Assembly (NCBI RefSeq): GCF_000018465.1
Contig: NC_010085.1
Coordinates: 1,050,001 to 1,082,000 of the forward strand
DNA: 32,000 nucleotides
Reading direction: 5' to 3'
Source of the DNA: Nitrosopumilus maritimus SCM1
GTDB taxonomy: Archaea; Thermoproteota; Nitrososphaeria; Nitrososphaerales; Nitrosopumilaceae
Numbering within the stretch: position 1 is the stretch's first letter; every line of letters starts with the position of its first letter. Made by a program: the position numbers and the translations under genes. Below, one piece after another: positions 9,089 to 16,715 of this stretch. The notes under the pieces are model-generated. The model made no database searches. It worked only from the letters and a program-made list of their open reading frames with translations, and had not been told where the DNA came from.

Positions 9089-10267
9089 TTAACTATCCAA
9101 TAGAAACTCCTTTGTAAGTAAATTATTAGAAAGTTGTTTTTCTGCAGGCAAATATATCCACACGGGTATGTTCATTTGAGATAGATACTTGCAAAGTATG
9201 GGTCCAACATCTTCCCAACTTAGACGTCCTAAACCACAACCTAGTGCAGGAATTGCAAGTGATTCTATTCCTTTTTGTTCATAGTTATCTAAAAGCCATT
9301 TTAATCCCTGCTCTATACCCTCAATATCGCTATTATCTCGCCAGTGTTGTTTTGTAGCAAAAAGCAAAAACCATGTGTCTTTTTTATTTCCTAAAGAGCT
9401 AGGATCATCTGCAATTTGTTCATGATATGGGGCTTCACGTTGATACAATACAGGCTTGCCCATTCGAAGTGTTTTTCTTTTACACTGATCTTGATAGTGT
9501 ACATAAACATCTGGGAATTGATATTTTGCTCTAGAGGCCAACCCTTTTCCCATTACTCCAATACAATTTACACTTACAGTAAGGGTTTGCATTTTTGAGA
9601 AAAACAAATCTCCTTCTACCAATGAAAGATTTGAAGTGAGTGGAATTTGTCTTACAGGTTGGAAGAACATAGAAGGTTCAGGAATTATTGAAATGCTAGA
9701 AGACATAGAATTTCGTATTTCGTCTGCAAGAGTATGATTACTAACATAAATTGCACGAATGAATTCAGGTGGAATTCGTTCTGGAACTAGACATTCAGCC
9801 ATAATTTGTCTTTTAGTAGCATTACTATCTGTCCACCACTGTAAACTAGTAATTCTGTTAATTTGTCGTTCAATAGTTTTGAATTCAGTATTAGGATAGA
9901 AATGTGTAGGACCATTTGCAGCATTTCCGTCAGTGATAATTGTGTTAGGAGTAGTAAGGATTTTTTTATCAACAGCGACAACAGCTATGCAATCAGGAGA
10001 TTTTTCCATAGTTACACGGTACAGCATAGGATTTCGAGGTTGGAAATACAGATTAGCAAAATACCAAAGACTTTTCCCATTAGCGGTTTTTTCTCTTCTA
10101 CTGGAAACAATATCGCTGTCATAAATTGAAGTGTATTCGAGTTTTTGTTTTACAATTTGATCATGAGAGAGAATTCCATTTTGCAGCATGGACGGAATAT
10201 TGTCAATATGTGTAATGTAGAAAAGGTATTGGCTCAAGTCAGGAGTATAAATTTTGAATTCATCCAT
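9089..10267 (-). CDS. Single-chain DarT-like ADP-ribosyltransferase (DUF4433) + DarG-like macrodomain
   Basis: N-half: LFYITHIDNIPSMLQNGILS ... SLWYFANLYFQPRNPMLY ... RQIMAECLVPERIPPEFI (DarT signatures incl. catalytic Glu). C-half: LSLVEGDLFF...VSVNCIGVMGKGLASRAKYQFPDVY...AIPALGCGLGRLSWEDVGPIL (DarG-type macrodomain). Confidence 0.88.
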   Translation of the reverse strand: MDEFKIYTPDLSQYLFYITHIDNIPSMLQNGILSHDQIVKQKLEYTSIYDSDIVSSRREKTANGKSLWYFANLYFQPRNPMLYRVTMEKSPDCIAVVAVDKKILTTPNTIITDGNAANGPTHFYPNTEFKTIERQINRITSLQWWTDSNATKRQIMAECLVPERIPPEFIRAIYVSNHTLADEIRNSMSSSISIIPEPSMFFQPVRQIPLTSNLSLVEGDLFFSKMQTLTVSVNCIGVMGKGLASRAKYQFPDVYVHYQDQCKRKTLRMGKPVLYQREAPYHEQIADDPSSLGNKKDTWFLLFATKQHWRDNSDIEGIEQGLKWLLDNYEQKGIESLAIPALGCGLGRLSWEDVGPILCKYLSQMNIPVWIYLPAEKQLSNNLLTKEFLLDS

Positions 10268-10418
10268 AATTCTCCATTTCTTATTATGTATTTTAAATAC
10301 ATGATTGAGAGGATGGTATGGAATAGGTTAATTTGCCTAAAAATGGGATCTTTTCAGTGAATAATACTACCCACTAGGAACACAGATACATAGATAGAGT
10401 TGAAATTTCTAAAATTTT

Positions 10419-11375
10419 CTAGAATAATGTTTGGTTTCTTCCTGAAAGAACATCCATCATTCTTTTTACAGATTTTTTATCTTCTTTTTCAATTCTAGAT
10501 TTCAATGTGGTTAATGAACCAACATATTTTGAATCGCCCTTAGTTTTTCTAGAGTATGCCAAAATATAGTATTCAATATTTCCAGGAATTCCACGTATAG
10601 GAATAGTTTCTCCTAATTTTTTTCCTAAAATTTCTGAAAGTTTTTCTTGATACTTATCCTCAATTGTTTGTCCTTGTGATATCTCATACAATAAAGCCTC
10701 AGCATTTTCTTCACCCCAATATTCATTCCAAGTAGATTCTGTAGATGTATCGCCCTTATCCAATTTGCCTTTAACTCGTAAAAGACCCTGAGAACCCACA
10801 TTGATCATAAAATCTTGAGCAGGAAATGAGTCGCTAAGAAATTTTAGGGTCTTCATTTTTATTTCCATACCCTCAGGATCAACAAAAGTAAAAACAATAG
10901 GATTACTAAATTTAGATTTTATATTATTAACAACATTTGAAATAACAGCATTACAATCACCTTGAATCACATTAAATTTTTCTTTAGGAAGAATTTTGTC
11001 TAAACGTTGTTCTAAAACTTGGGATTTCTTCTTATCTTTTTCAACACATACAGCATAGTCAAAATTCATGTCCGGATGCGATAACGCACAAAGAGGAGAA
11101 CCTGCTATAATATCACCAGTTTCTCTTAATTTAACTAAACCTGAACCGGAAAAAAGATCAATGTAAACAGCACCATCATAATATTTTTTTGCTTTATCAT
11201 TTCGTCTTACAACATTCAGAAAAGTAGTTTTGTAATAATTTACAGAAATTAATTTTAATGCGGTATATTCTGCATATTCATTTTTAATTTCAGAATCAGG
11301 CACTTTCTGCGCAATTTTAGTTAGAATTTCTAATTTATTTCGAATCCAATCTTCTTGTTTCATTTTAGGAGGCAA
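10419..11375 (-). CDS. Three-Cys-motif partner protein (TcmP) family
   Basis: YIDLFSGSGLVKL...GSPLCAL...AVCVEKDKKKSQVLEQRL...FTFVDPEGMEIKMKTLKFLS; matches TcmP architecture with methyltransferase-like fold motifs. Confidence 0.82.
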   Translation of the reverse strand: MPPKMKQEDWIRNKLEILTKIAQKVPDSEIKNEYAEYTALKLISVNYYKTTFLNVVRRNDKAKKYYDGAVYIDLFSGSGLVKLRETGDIIAGSPLCALSHPDMNFDYAVCVEKDKKKSQVLEQRLDKILPKEKFNVIQGDCNAVISNVVNNIKSKFSNPIVFTFVDPEGMEIKMKTLKFLSDSFPAQDFMINVGSQGLLRVKGKLDKGDTSTESTWNEYWGEENAEALLYEISQGQTIEDKYQEKLSEILGKKLGETIPIRGIPGNIEYYILAYSRKTKGDSKYVGSLTTLKSRIEKEDKKSVKRMMDVLSGRNQTLF

Positions 11376-11436
11376 AGTTACAGTGTTACGTTATGAAATT
11401 CGCCTTAAAACATTTAAAATTAATGATTTTTAGCTT

Positions 11437-12276
11437 ATGTCATTGGCAATTGGGTCGGGGATTGAGTGGACAGAGGCAACGTGGAACCCCACAAGTGGCT
11501 GTTCAAAAATTTCTCCAGGTTGTAAAAATTGCTATGCAGAGACACTTACTAAAAGATTGAAAGCTATGGGGCAACAAAAATATAAAAAAGGATTTCAATA
11601 TGTGGAACACCCTTCAGATGTCAATCTACCACTAACATGGAAAAAGCCCAAAAAGATTTTTGTTAATAGCATGTCAGATCTTTTCCACGAAAACTCAACA
11701 TTTGAGTTTACAGGCAAATGTTTTGCAACAATGATTCAGGCTGATCGTCATGATTATCAAATTTTAACAAAACGTCCAAAAAGAATGGCAGAATTCTCAA
11801 AAATATTTTTTGAATATTTTGGTCATAAAATTCCTAATTTCATGTGGATGGGAACAAGTATTGAAAATAAACAATATGTTTCAAGAATCAAAGATCTTCG
11901 AAAAGTCAAATGCCATACAAGATTCATTAGTTTTGAACCTCTTATTGGTTCAGTTGGAAAAGTGAACCTAAAAGGTATTGATTGGGCAATAATTGGAGGA
12001 GAAAGTGGTCATCATTTTAGAAAAGTAAAGAAAGAATGGATTGAAGAGATAATTGATCAATGTAAAGAACAAGAAGTTCCAGTATTTTTCAAACAATGGG
12101 GAGGATTCAGACCAAAATCTGGAGGAAGAACAATTAACAGAAGAAAGTATAGTGAATATCCAGAAATTGAGAAAAGAAATTCTTTGAAAAATGTTAATTT
12201 TGATGAAATTGCCTTTGCAGAAATGTGTATGAAACACGAAGCAATGAAAAGGGAACAAATGCTTGTAAAAAATTAA
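11437..12276 (+). CDS. Phage Gp37/Gp68-like (DUF5131) three-Cys-motif protein
   Basis: IEWTEATWNPTSGCSKISPGCKNCYAETLTKRL (CX6CX2C), SMSDLFHE, ILTKRPKRM, WIGGESG-like WAIIGGESGHHFR, FFKQWGG. Confidence 0.92.
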   Translation: MSLAIGSGIEWTEATWNPTSGCSKISPGCKNCYAETLTKRLKAMGQQKYKKGFQYVEHPSDVNLPLTWKKPKKIFVNSMSDLFHENSTFEFTGKCFATMIQADRHDYQILTKRPKRMAEFSKIFFEYFGHKIPNFMWMGTSIENKQYVSRIKDLRKVKCHTRFISFEPLIGSVGKVNLKGIDWAIIGGESGHHFRKVKKEWIEEIIDQCKEQEVPVFFKQWGGFRPKSGGRTINRRKYSEYPEIEKRNSLKNVNFDEIAFAEMCMKHEAMKREQMLVKN

Positions 12277-12347
12277 TTTAGAAAAATTTTCAACACAGTG
12301 GGACTGTTAAGTTCCAGACATTGTTTTAGGCCCAATTTGGACACAGT

Positions 12348-13745
12348 TTAGAACAAAGATTTGATTCCATATAACAAGGACGTAATAAAATCAGAAATTG
12401 TTGCAATTATTCTGCCAATATGGTCATTTTCTGACAAATTTGATTCAAGGATCTTACCTTTAGAAGAGTCAGAATGTTCAGATTTTGTAATTTTTTCCTC
12501 AAGTGGCTGAATCATGGTTAGGCCGGAGGACTCTAACATGTCATCAAATGTCTGCTTAGCCTTGTTTATTTCTGCAACATAGTATTCTTTTTTGGAATCC
12601 TCCAAATCCAAAGACTGCATTTCCTCCAAAGAACGAACATGTTGTTGATCAAGGTTCTCAGATTTTACCTTGAAAATTTCACCCCATATTGAAATCTGCC
12701 CAGAATAAAATTCCCGAGACAGTCCTGCATCAGCCAAAGCCAAATCAAGATATTTTTCAGGATCGTTTTCCATTAATTTTATGTTCTCTACAATTTGAGG
12801 ATTGAATTGATCTATGTGTCTGGTGAAAAATTCCTCCATGTATTCCAAGTGTAATTGCCCGTCAGAGTTGGAAACAGATACAATGTTCAATGACGTGCTG
12901 CCAAAATTTGCAAGAATTTTCTTTGCTTGTTTTTCTTGCAGCGTTTTGTGTTCTTCTTGTTTTTGTTCTAAAGTTGTTTCTTCTGTTTTGGAATCAGGAA
13001 AATCAGATTCTGCCGTTTGATAATTCTCCAATGCAACAGGTACAGTAAGAGTTTCTGTTTCCCAGGGATGTATCATGCAGAAAAAAGAATAGACACCATT
13101 CTCAAGAACATAGGATACGGATTCTCCCTTGTGAATAATTCCAGAAGAAAACAACGGTGTGTGTTTTGCAGGAGTACCGCTTGTTATTGTATGGGACAAA
13201 CTATCCTTTGATGTCCATGTAACTTTCTCACCGTTTTCTAATTTCTCAACATCAATTGTAAAATTATCAAACAGAGAATCAGATTGGTACGATGTTTTTT
13301 TAATTACATTTGTATCAACCAAAAATTCCAAGCTTGAAAGAAACTCGGAATCAGACACAATGCCGTCTGTCCACCAGTCTGCAGTATTTTTTATCCAATC
13401 AGGAATTCCGGCGGACGGACTTGTAGGATCAAACAATGGCACTGAAATCAAATTTTGGTTTGCTAGATATTCTGTTGACAAGATAAATTCATCATCTGCA
13501 ATTTGTCTTTCCGTCCACATGATTACAAATTCTGTATACCAGTTTGGAAAATCACCAGATTCTTGGGCATATGCAAAAGACGGGATTATCAGAGCAAATG
13601 CCAATACAAGATACGTCAGATGCAAGCATGGTGTGGAGCGTGTACTAGTATATGAATATTCATGGAATTCATGGTAATCATGGCTATACATAATTTTCTT
13701 GATATCTTTGATTTTCATGAGATATGGCAAAAATTCTAGGCTCAA
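12348..13745 (-). CDS. Secreted cupredoxin (type-1 copper) domain protein; start likely internal
   Basis: Signal-like LTYLVLAFALIIPSFAYAQ; two repeats of W..W..G/Q.I.D.EF...EFL/YL; SHTITSG ... YSFFCMIHPWETETLTV copper-ligand pattern. Confidence 0.8.
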   Translation of the reverse strand: MSLEFLPYLMKIKDIKKIMYSHDYHEFHEYSYTSTRSTPCLHLTYLVLAFALIIPSFAYAQESGDFPNWYTEFVIMWTERQIADDEFILSTEYLANQNLISVPLFDPTSPSAGIPDWIKNTADWWTDGIVSDSEFLSSLEFLVDTNVIKKTSYQSDSLFDNFTIDVEKLENGEKVTWTSKDSLSHTITSGTPAKHTPLFSSGIIHKGESVSYVLENGVYSFFCMIHPWETETLTVPVALENYQTAESDFPDSKTEETTLEQKQEEHKTLQEKQAKKILANFGSTSLNIVSVSNSDGQLHLEYMEEFFTRHIDQFNPQIVENIKLMENDPEKYLDLALADAGLSREFYSGQISIWGEIFKVKSENLDQQHVRSLEEMQSLDLEDSKKEYYVAEINKAKQTFDDMLESSGLTMIQPLEEKITKSEHSDSSKGKILESNLSENDHIGRIIATISDFITSLLYGIKSLF

Positions 13746-13873
13746 GTAAAGTTACTGTTAGATATCAGATTACAGTACCCGAGGATGTCAGGAAGGTTAT
13801 GAAAATTGAGTCCGGTCAGACTCTAGCATTTGTTGAGGAAGACGGCAAAATTGTCCTAAAGACAGATGTATAG
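13724..13873 (+). CDS. AbrB/SpoVT-type DNA-binding microprotein (49 aa)
   Basis: Read by eye: MAKILGSSKVTVRYQITVPEDVRKVMKIESGQTLAFVEEDGKIVLKTDV*; classic swapped-hairpin AbrB sequence; absent from ORF track. Confidence 0.88.
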   Translation: MAKILGSSKVTVRYQITVPEDVRKVMKIESGQTLAFVEEDGKIVLKTDV

Positions 13874-13933
13874 AAATTTCAAAAAAAATCCATCATTTTA
13901 TAACGAACCTCAAAATGGATGTCATGAAAGGTA

Positions 13934-14167
13934 TTGAGTGAGAAAAATTTTACTTCTTGTCTTATGATCTATTTTAAAAATACAGTACACATGCTAAGAG
14001 AGTTACACATTCGTCTTTTTGTGCACTGCAAAAAATGCGGGCAGAAAATTAATCCTGACAAAGGATATTGGACGTGGGAAAACAAGTCTCCGATTATTGG
14101 AGGATATTATCATGTTGAGTGCGGAATGATAAACAATCCTCCGCCAAAAGAAAGCATTCCGTTTTAG
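13934..14167 (+). CDS. Small zinc-binding protein (CKKCG...YYHVECG)
   Basis: HCKKCGQKINPDKGYWTWENKSPIIGGYYHVECG; true start uncertain. Confidence 0.6.
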   Translation: MSEKNFTSCLMIYFKNTVHMLRELHIRLFVHCKKCGQKINPDKGYWTWENKSPIIGGYYHVECGMINNPPPKESIPF

Positions 14168-14547
14168 GGCTCTATCTCTTGTAAGAACGGACCGCTAATG
14201 TCGTAATCATATTCTCCAAATGGCGTATTTTCATTGCATAATTTGTCCGAGCCACCATAGAAATTGTAAAGTGTAAATTCTGCATTGTCTCTGTCCGTTT
14301 CGTTTTTAATCTCAGTGTAGTAGACTTTGATGTCATCACGGTTACTCATTACTTTTTTTACACAAGAGTTTGACTCGTCATTGCTTTCATGGACTTTCAT
14401 TCTTTCGTAAATATTTACCTGGCCTACGTATTTTGCCTTTTTGATGCCATCAATTGTTTTTGCAATAATGTACACTCCGGAATATTTTGGATATGTAAAT
14501 TTTCCTCCGACAGAATATGTTATGGGACCGTTCCATGTTAACTTCAT
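14164..14547 (-). CDS. GIY-YIG-like endonuclease domain protein
   Basis: SGVYIIAKTIDGIKKAKYVGQVNIYERMKVHE ... AEFTLYNFYG ... NENTP; retains Y, Y, R, E, N positions. Confidence 0.7.
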   Translation of the reverse strand: MKLTWNGPITYSVGGKFTYPKYSGVYIIAKTIDGIKKAKYVGQVNIYERMKVHESNDESNSCVKKVMSNRDDIKVYYTEIKNETDRDNAEFTLYNFYGGSDKLCNENTPFGEYDYDISGPFLQEIEP

Positions 14548-14774
14548 GTATTGATCACTCCCATCTGATTTAGAAAATATGCAACTCCCAAAAGTGTGGC
14601 AGCAGATGTTGCAATTTTAAATTGTATTCCGCCGTACTGAATCATCATTGTAAAAAAGAATAATCCAAATCCTGCAAACAAGAACATGCTTGTGTGTCCA
14701 CCTGCAACTGCAATCAGTGCGCCAAGAGCCCCTACAATCCCTGAGATTTTTGCCTTGTCCATGATTGCAGTCAT
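14544..14774 (-). CDS. Small 2-TM membrane protein
   Basis: IVGALGALIAVAGGHTSMFLFAGFGLFFFTMMIQYGGIQF; overlaps downstream GIY-YIG gene by 4 nt. Confidence 0.7.
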   Translation of the reverse strand: MTAIMDKAKISGIVGALGALIAVAGGHTSMFLFAGFGLFFFTMMIQYGGIQFKIATSAATLLGVAYFLNQMGVINT

Positions 14775-14778
14775 TTTA

Positions 14779-15132
14779 TCACCCTAGAAATCTCTCCCAA
14801 AAACCCTTGCAGCTGTTAGGCTTTGTTCTGTTGCGAGAAGGACATGTTCTTCTAATGGAGTTGCGTTCAAGGTTATAGGCCTGTGTTCTTGTGGAGGTTT
14901 TTTGGTAGCTGACAGATGTACCAGTATTGCCTGTGCGCTGATGCTCTTTTACACGCCTATGCAGGTCATTAGTGCTTCCAATATAACGCGTCTTTCCGTA
15001 TTGGTTAATCTTGTAGACTCCAGGGCTTTTTGGAATTTTCGATATTCCCGATGTGGTAAATGGAACCCTTGAGGTTTGCTTTGCCTTTATTGCCCTGACT
15101 TGGCCACATCTATTTCGTCCACGTACTGCCAT
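14779..15132 (-). CDS. GIY-YIG nuclease domain protein
   Basis: PGVYKINQYGKTRYIGSTNDLHRRVKEHQR ... LERNSIRRTCPSRNRTKPN. Confidence 0.85.
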   Translation of the reverse strand: MAVRGRNRCGQVRAIKAKQTSRVPFTTSGISKIPKSPGVYKINQYGKTRYIGSTNDLHRRVKEHQRTGNTGTSVSYQKTSTRTQAYNLERNSIRRTCPSRNRTKPNSCKGFWERFLG

Positions 15133-15271
15133 CAGAGACCAGCCCTCACAATCATTAGAGTATTATCAGAATTCATGTTTTGGTACGGTAATAGTACCGC
15201 ATTGTACCTAATAAAGATGATCGTAGAATTTTTTGATCCAGCATGATCAAACATGTCAAAAGAATATAGTG

Positions 15272-15415
15272 TCATGAATACCACCCAAACATCTTTCGAT
15301 GTCTATTGCTAGTAGCGTGAGATTTTTCTACAAATTTTTTTTGCTTTTCTGTTCGAAATTTTAATGTCTTGCCGCAAGTGCAACGTTCTTCGTGATAGTC
15401 TAGAAATTTTTTCAT
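15272..15415 (-). CDS. 47-aa microprotein with CxC motif
   Basis: MKKFLDYHEERCTCGKTLKFRTEKQKKFVEKSHATSNRHRKMFGWYS*; ATG overlaps the stop of the 15412-15618 ORF (ATGA coupling). Confidence 0.6.
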   Translation of the reverse strand: MKKFLDYHEERCTCGKTLKFRTEKQKKFVEKSHATSNRHRKMFGWYS

Positions 15416-15618
15416 CGTATGCTCCTCAACAATTCATCTTTGCGTTGTGAAATGCCATCAGTAGATTCAATTATTTTTTCTAATCGTCTGGTGTCAGAGC
15501 CGTTAATGATGGAAATAATCCAAGGCAGTGTCTTTTTTCCGCGAAGGTATGCAGTGATGCAGCCTTCAACATAATTCCAGCCGATTTGTTCAGTGTCTTC
15601 CATCATGATTCTCCCCAT
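15412..15618 (-). CDS. Hypothetical protein (68 aa)
   Basis: ORF coupled on both sides (overlaps 15590-16066 and 15272-15415). Confidence 0.65.
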   Translation of the reverse strand: MGRIMMEDTEQIGWNYVEGCITAYLRGKKTLPWIISIINGSDTRRLEKIIESTDGISQRKDELLRSIR

Positions 15619-16066
15619 AGTCTCGAATTACCAAATGTCCCAGTTCATCATCGGTACACTCACAAAGATTTTTCCAATCAAATAGGAATTTTGCTGCACC
15701 AGCACCAGCTGCAGCTCCCAGAACTCCTCCAATAGGACCAAACTTTAGTCCCATCAGAGCTCCCAGAATAGTTCCACCTGCTGTTTTCCCAGAGCTGCCA
15801 ACATAGATGCTCAAAATTGCACGAAGGTAAGAGACTCCTGCTTGCTGAAGAGTTGTCGTGATTAATTCAAAAAGATACTTGTCTGTAACGTTGTCTGGAG
15901 GATTAAAAATAATTTCAATTGCATTGTTTGCAATACTGCAGGTAAGATGATCTAAAAAGTTCAGATTATTTGCAAGATGTCTTTCGCATTGGGATGCAAC
16001 TGTACTCTGTATGATTTGGCCGACATCAATTTTAATTCTGTATTTTGCAGCAGAGTCTAGATACAT
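15590..16066 (-). CDS. Hypothetical protein with glycine-zipper hydrophobic segment; start MYLDSAAKYRIKI at 16066
   Basis: TAGGTILGALMGLKFGPIGGVLGAAAGAGAAKFLF; G-rich SD-like ttggggg upstream of the ATG at 16064-16066. ORF track uses an upstream start at 16117. Confidence 0.7.
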   Translation of the reverse strand: MYLDSAAKYRIKIDVGQIIQSTVASQCERHLANNLNFLDHLTCSIANNAIEIIFNPPDNVTDKYLFELITTTLQQAGVSYLRAILSIYVGSSGKTAGGTILGALMGLKFGPIGGVLGAAAGAGAAKFLFDWKNLCECTDDELGHLVIRDYGENHDGRH

Positions 16067-16307
16067 GATTTTCCCCCAATTGATACAGATGCAGAAATTA
16101 GAGCAAAAGACAGACAAAATGTCTGGTTTTTGCCCATAGTGTGGTTTTCTGTCCGTATGACCATTGTATCCTTGGTTTATTCTGTTTCATTTAAGAGCTT
16201 TCATACTCAGCATACGTGTAAAGGTGTCAAAAAATATGCCAAAAATTAACCAAATTGTCATTTTGAACAAGCAAGGCATTAATACAAGGAGGATAAAAGG
16301 TGGATAC

Positions 16308-16448
16308 ATGACGATGTATACATCAGTCAAATTGCCAAAGACACTGGCCAAACAAATTAACGAGATTACGGAAACGGGCGGGTACAGATCAGTTTCAGAT
16401 TTTGTGTTAGAAGCTACGCGAAGCCATTTACGAGAAGTACGAGGATAA
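16308..16448 (+). CDS. Ribbon-helix-helix (CopG/MetJ-like) DNA-binding microprotein
   Basis: MTMYTSVKLPKTLAKQINEITETGGYRSVSDFVLEATRSHLREVRG*; GGAGG-like SD upstream; ORF track start at 16164 looks too early. Confidence 0.85.
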   Translation: MTMYTSVKLPKTLAKQINEITETGGYRSVSDFVLEATRSHLREVRG

Positions 16449-16542
16449 CAAAAATCCTTTCTTCATTTTTATTAAAATTAATTTTAGAAAATGCGATCCA
16501 CCATATCTTGTAAAAAAATAATTTATTTTTTTACACAGTTAT

Positions 16543-16610
16543 TTTCAGGCGTGCCAACCATGCTTTTAGCATAACAGCTTTGTGATCGGACATAAGACAG
16601 ATCAGAAATT
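16543..16610. repeat. Structured tandem repeat copy 1 (68 nt)
   Basis: tttcaggcgtgccaaccatgcttttagcataacagctttgtgatcggacataagacagatcagaaatt; 53/68 identical to copy 2 at a 105-nt offset; atgct-ttt-agcat hairpin plus TGATC...GATCA. Confidence 0.8.
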
Positions 16611-16647
16611 CTGCTTGATTTTTTTAATTTTTTTATTTGCGGTAATT

Positions 16648-16715
16648 TTTCAGGCACAGCAACCATCCTTTAAGGATGACAGCTTTATGATCGGGTAAAA
16701 CAGAGATCAGAATTT
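16648..16715. repeat. Structured tandem repeat copy 2 (68 nt)
   Basis: tttcaggcacagcaaccatcctttaaggatgacagctttatgatcgggtaaaacagagatcagaattt; catcctt-t-aaggatg hairpin plus TGATC...GATCA. Confidence 0.8.

Noticed and set aside
16164-16307. Upstream extension of the RHH ORF
   Set aside because: No motif in the extension; SD-like GGAGG and the canonical RHH start place the true start at 16308.
16543-16715. CRISPR array interpretation of the tandem repeat
   Set aside because: Only two diverged 68-nt units, gap of 37 nt, no leader or cas genes in the window.
16543-16715. Archaeal C/D box sRNA interpretation of the repeat
   Set aside because: CTGA appears at both ends on the minus strand, but no convincing RTGATGA C box or D'/C' arrangement was found; left as an unclassified structure.
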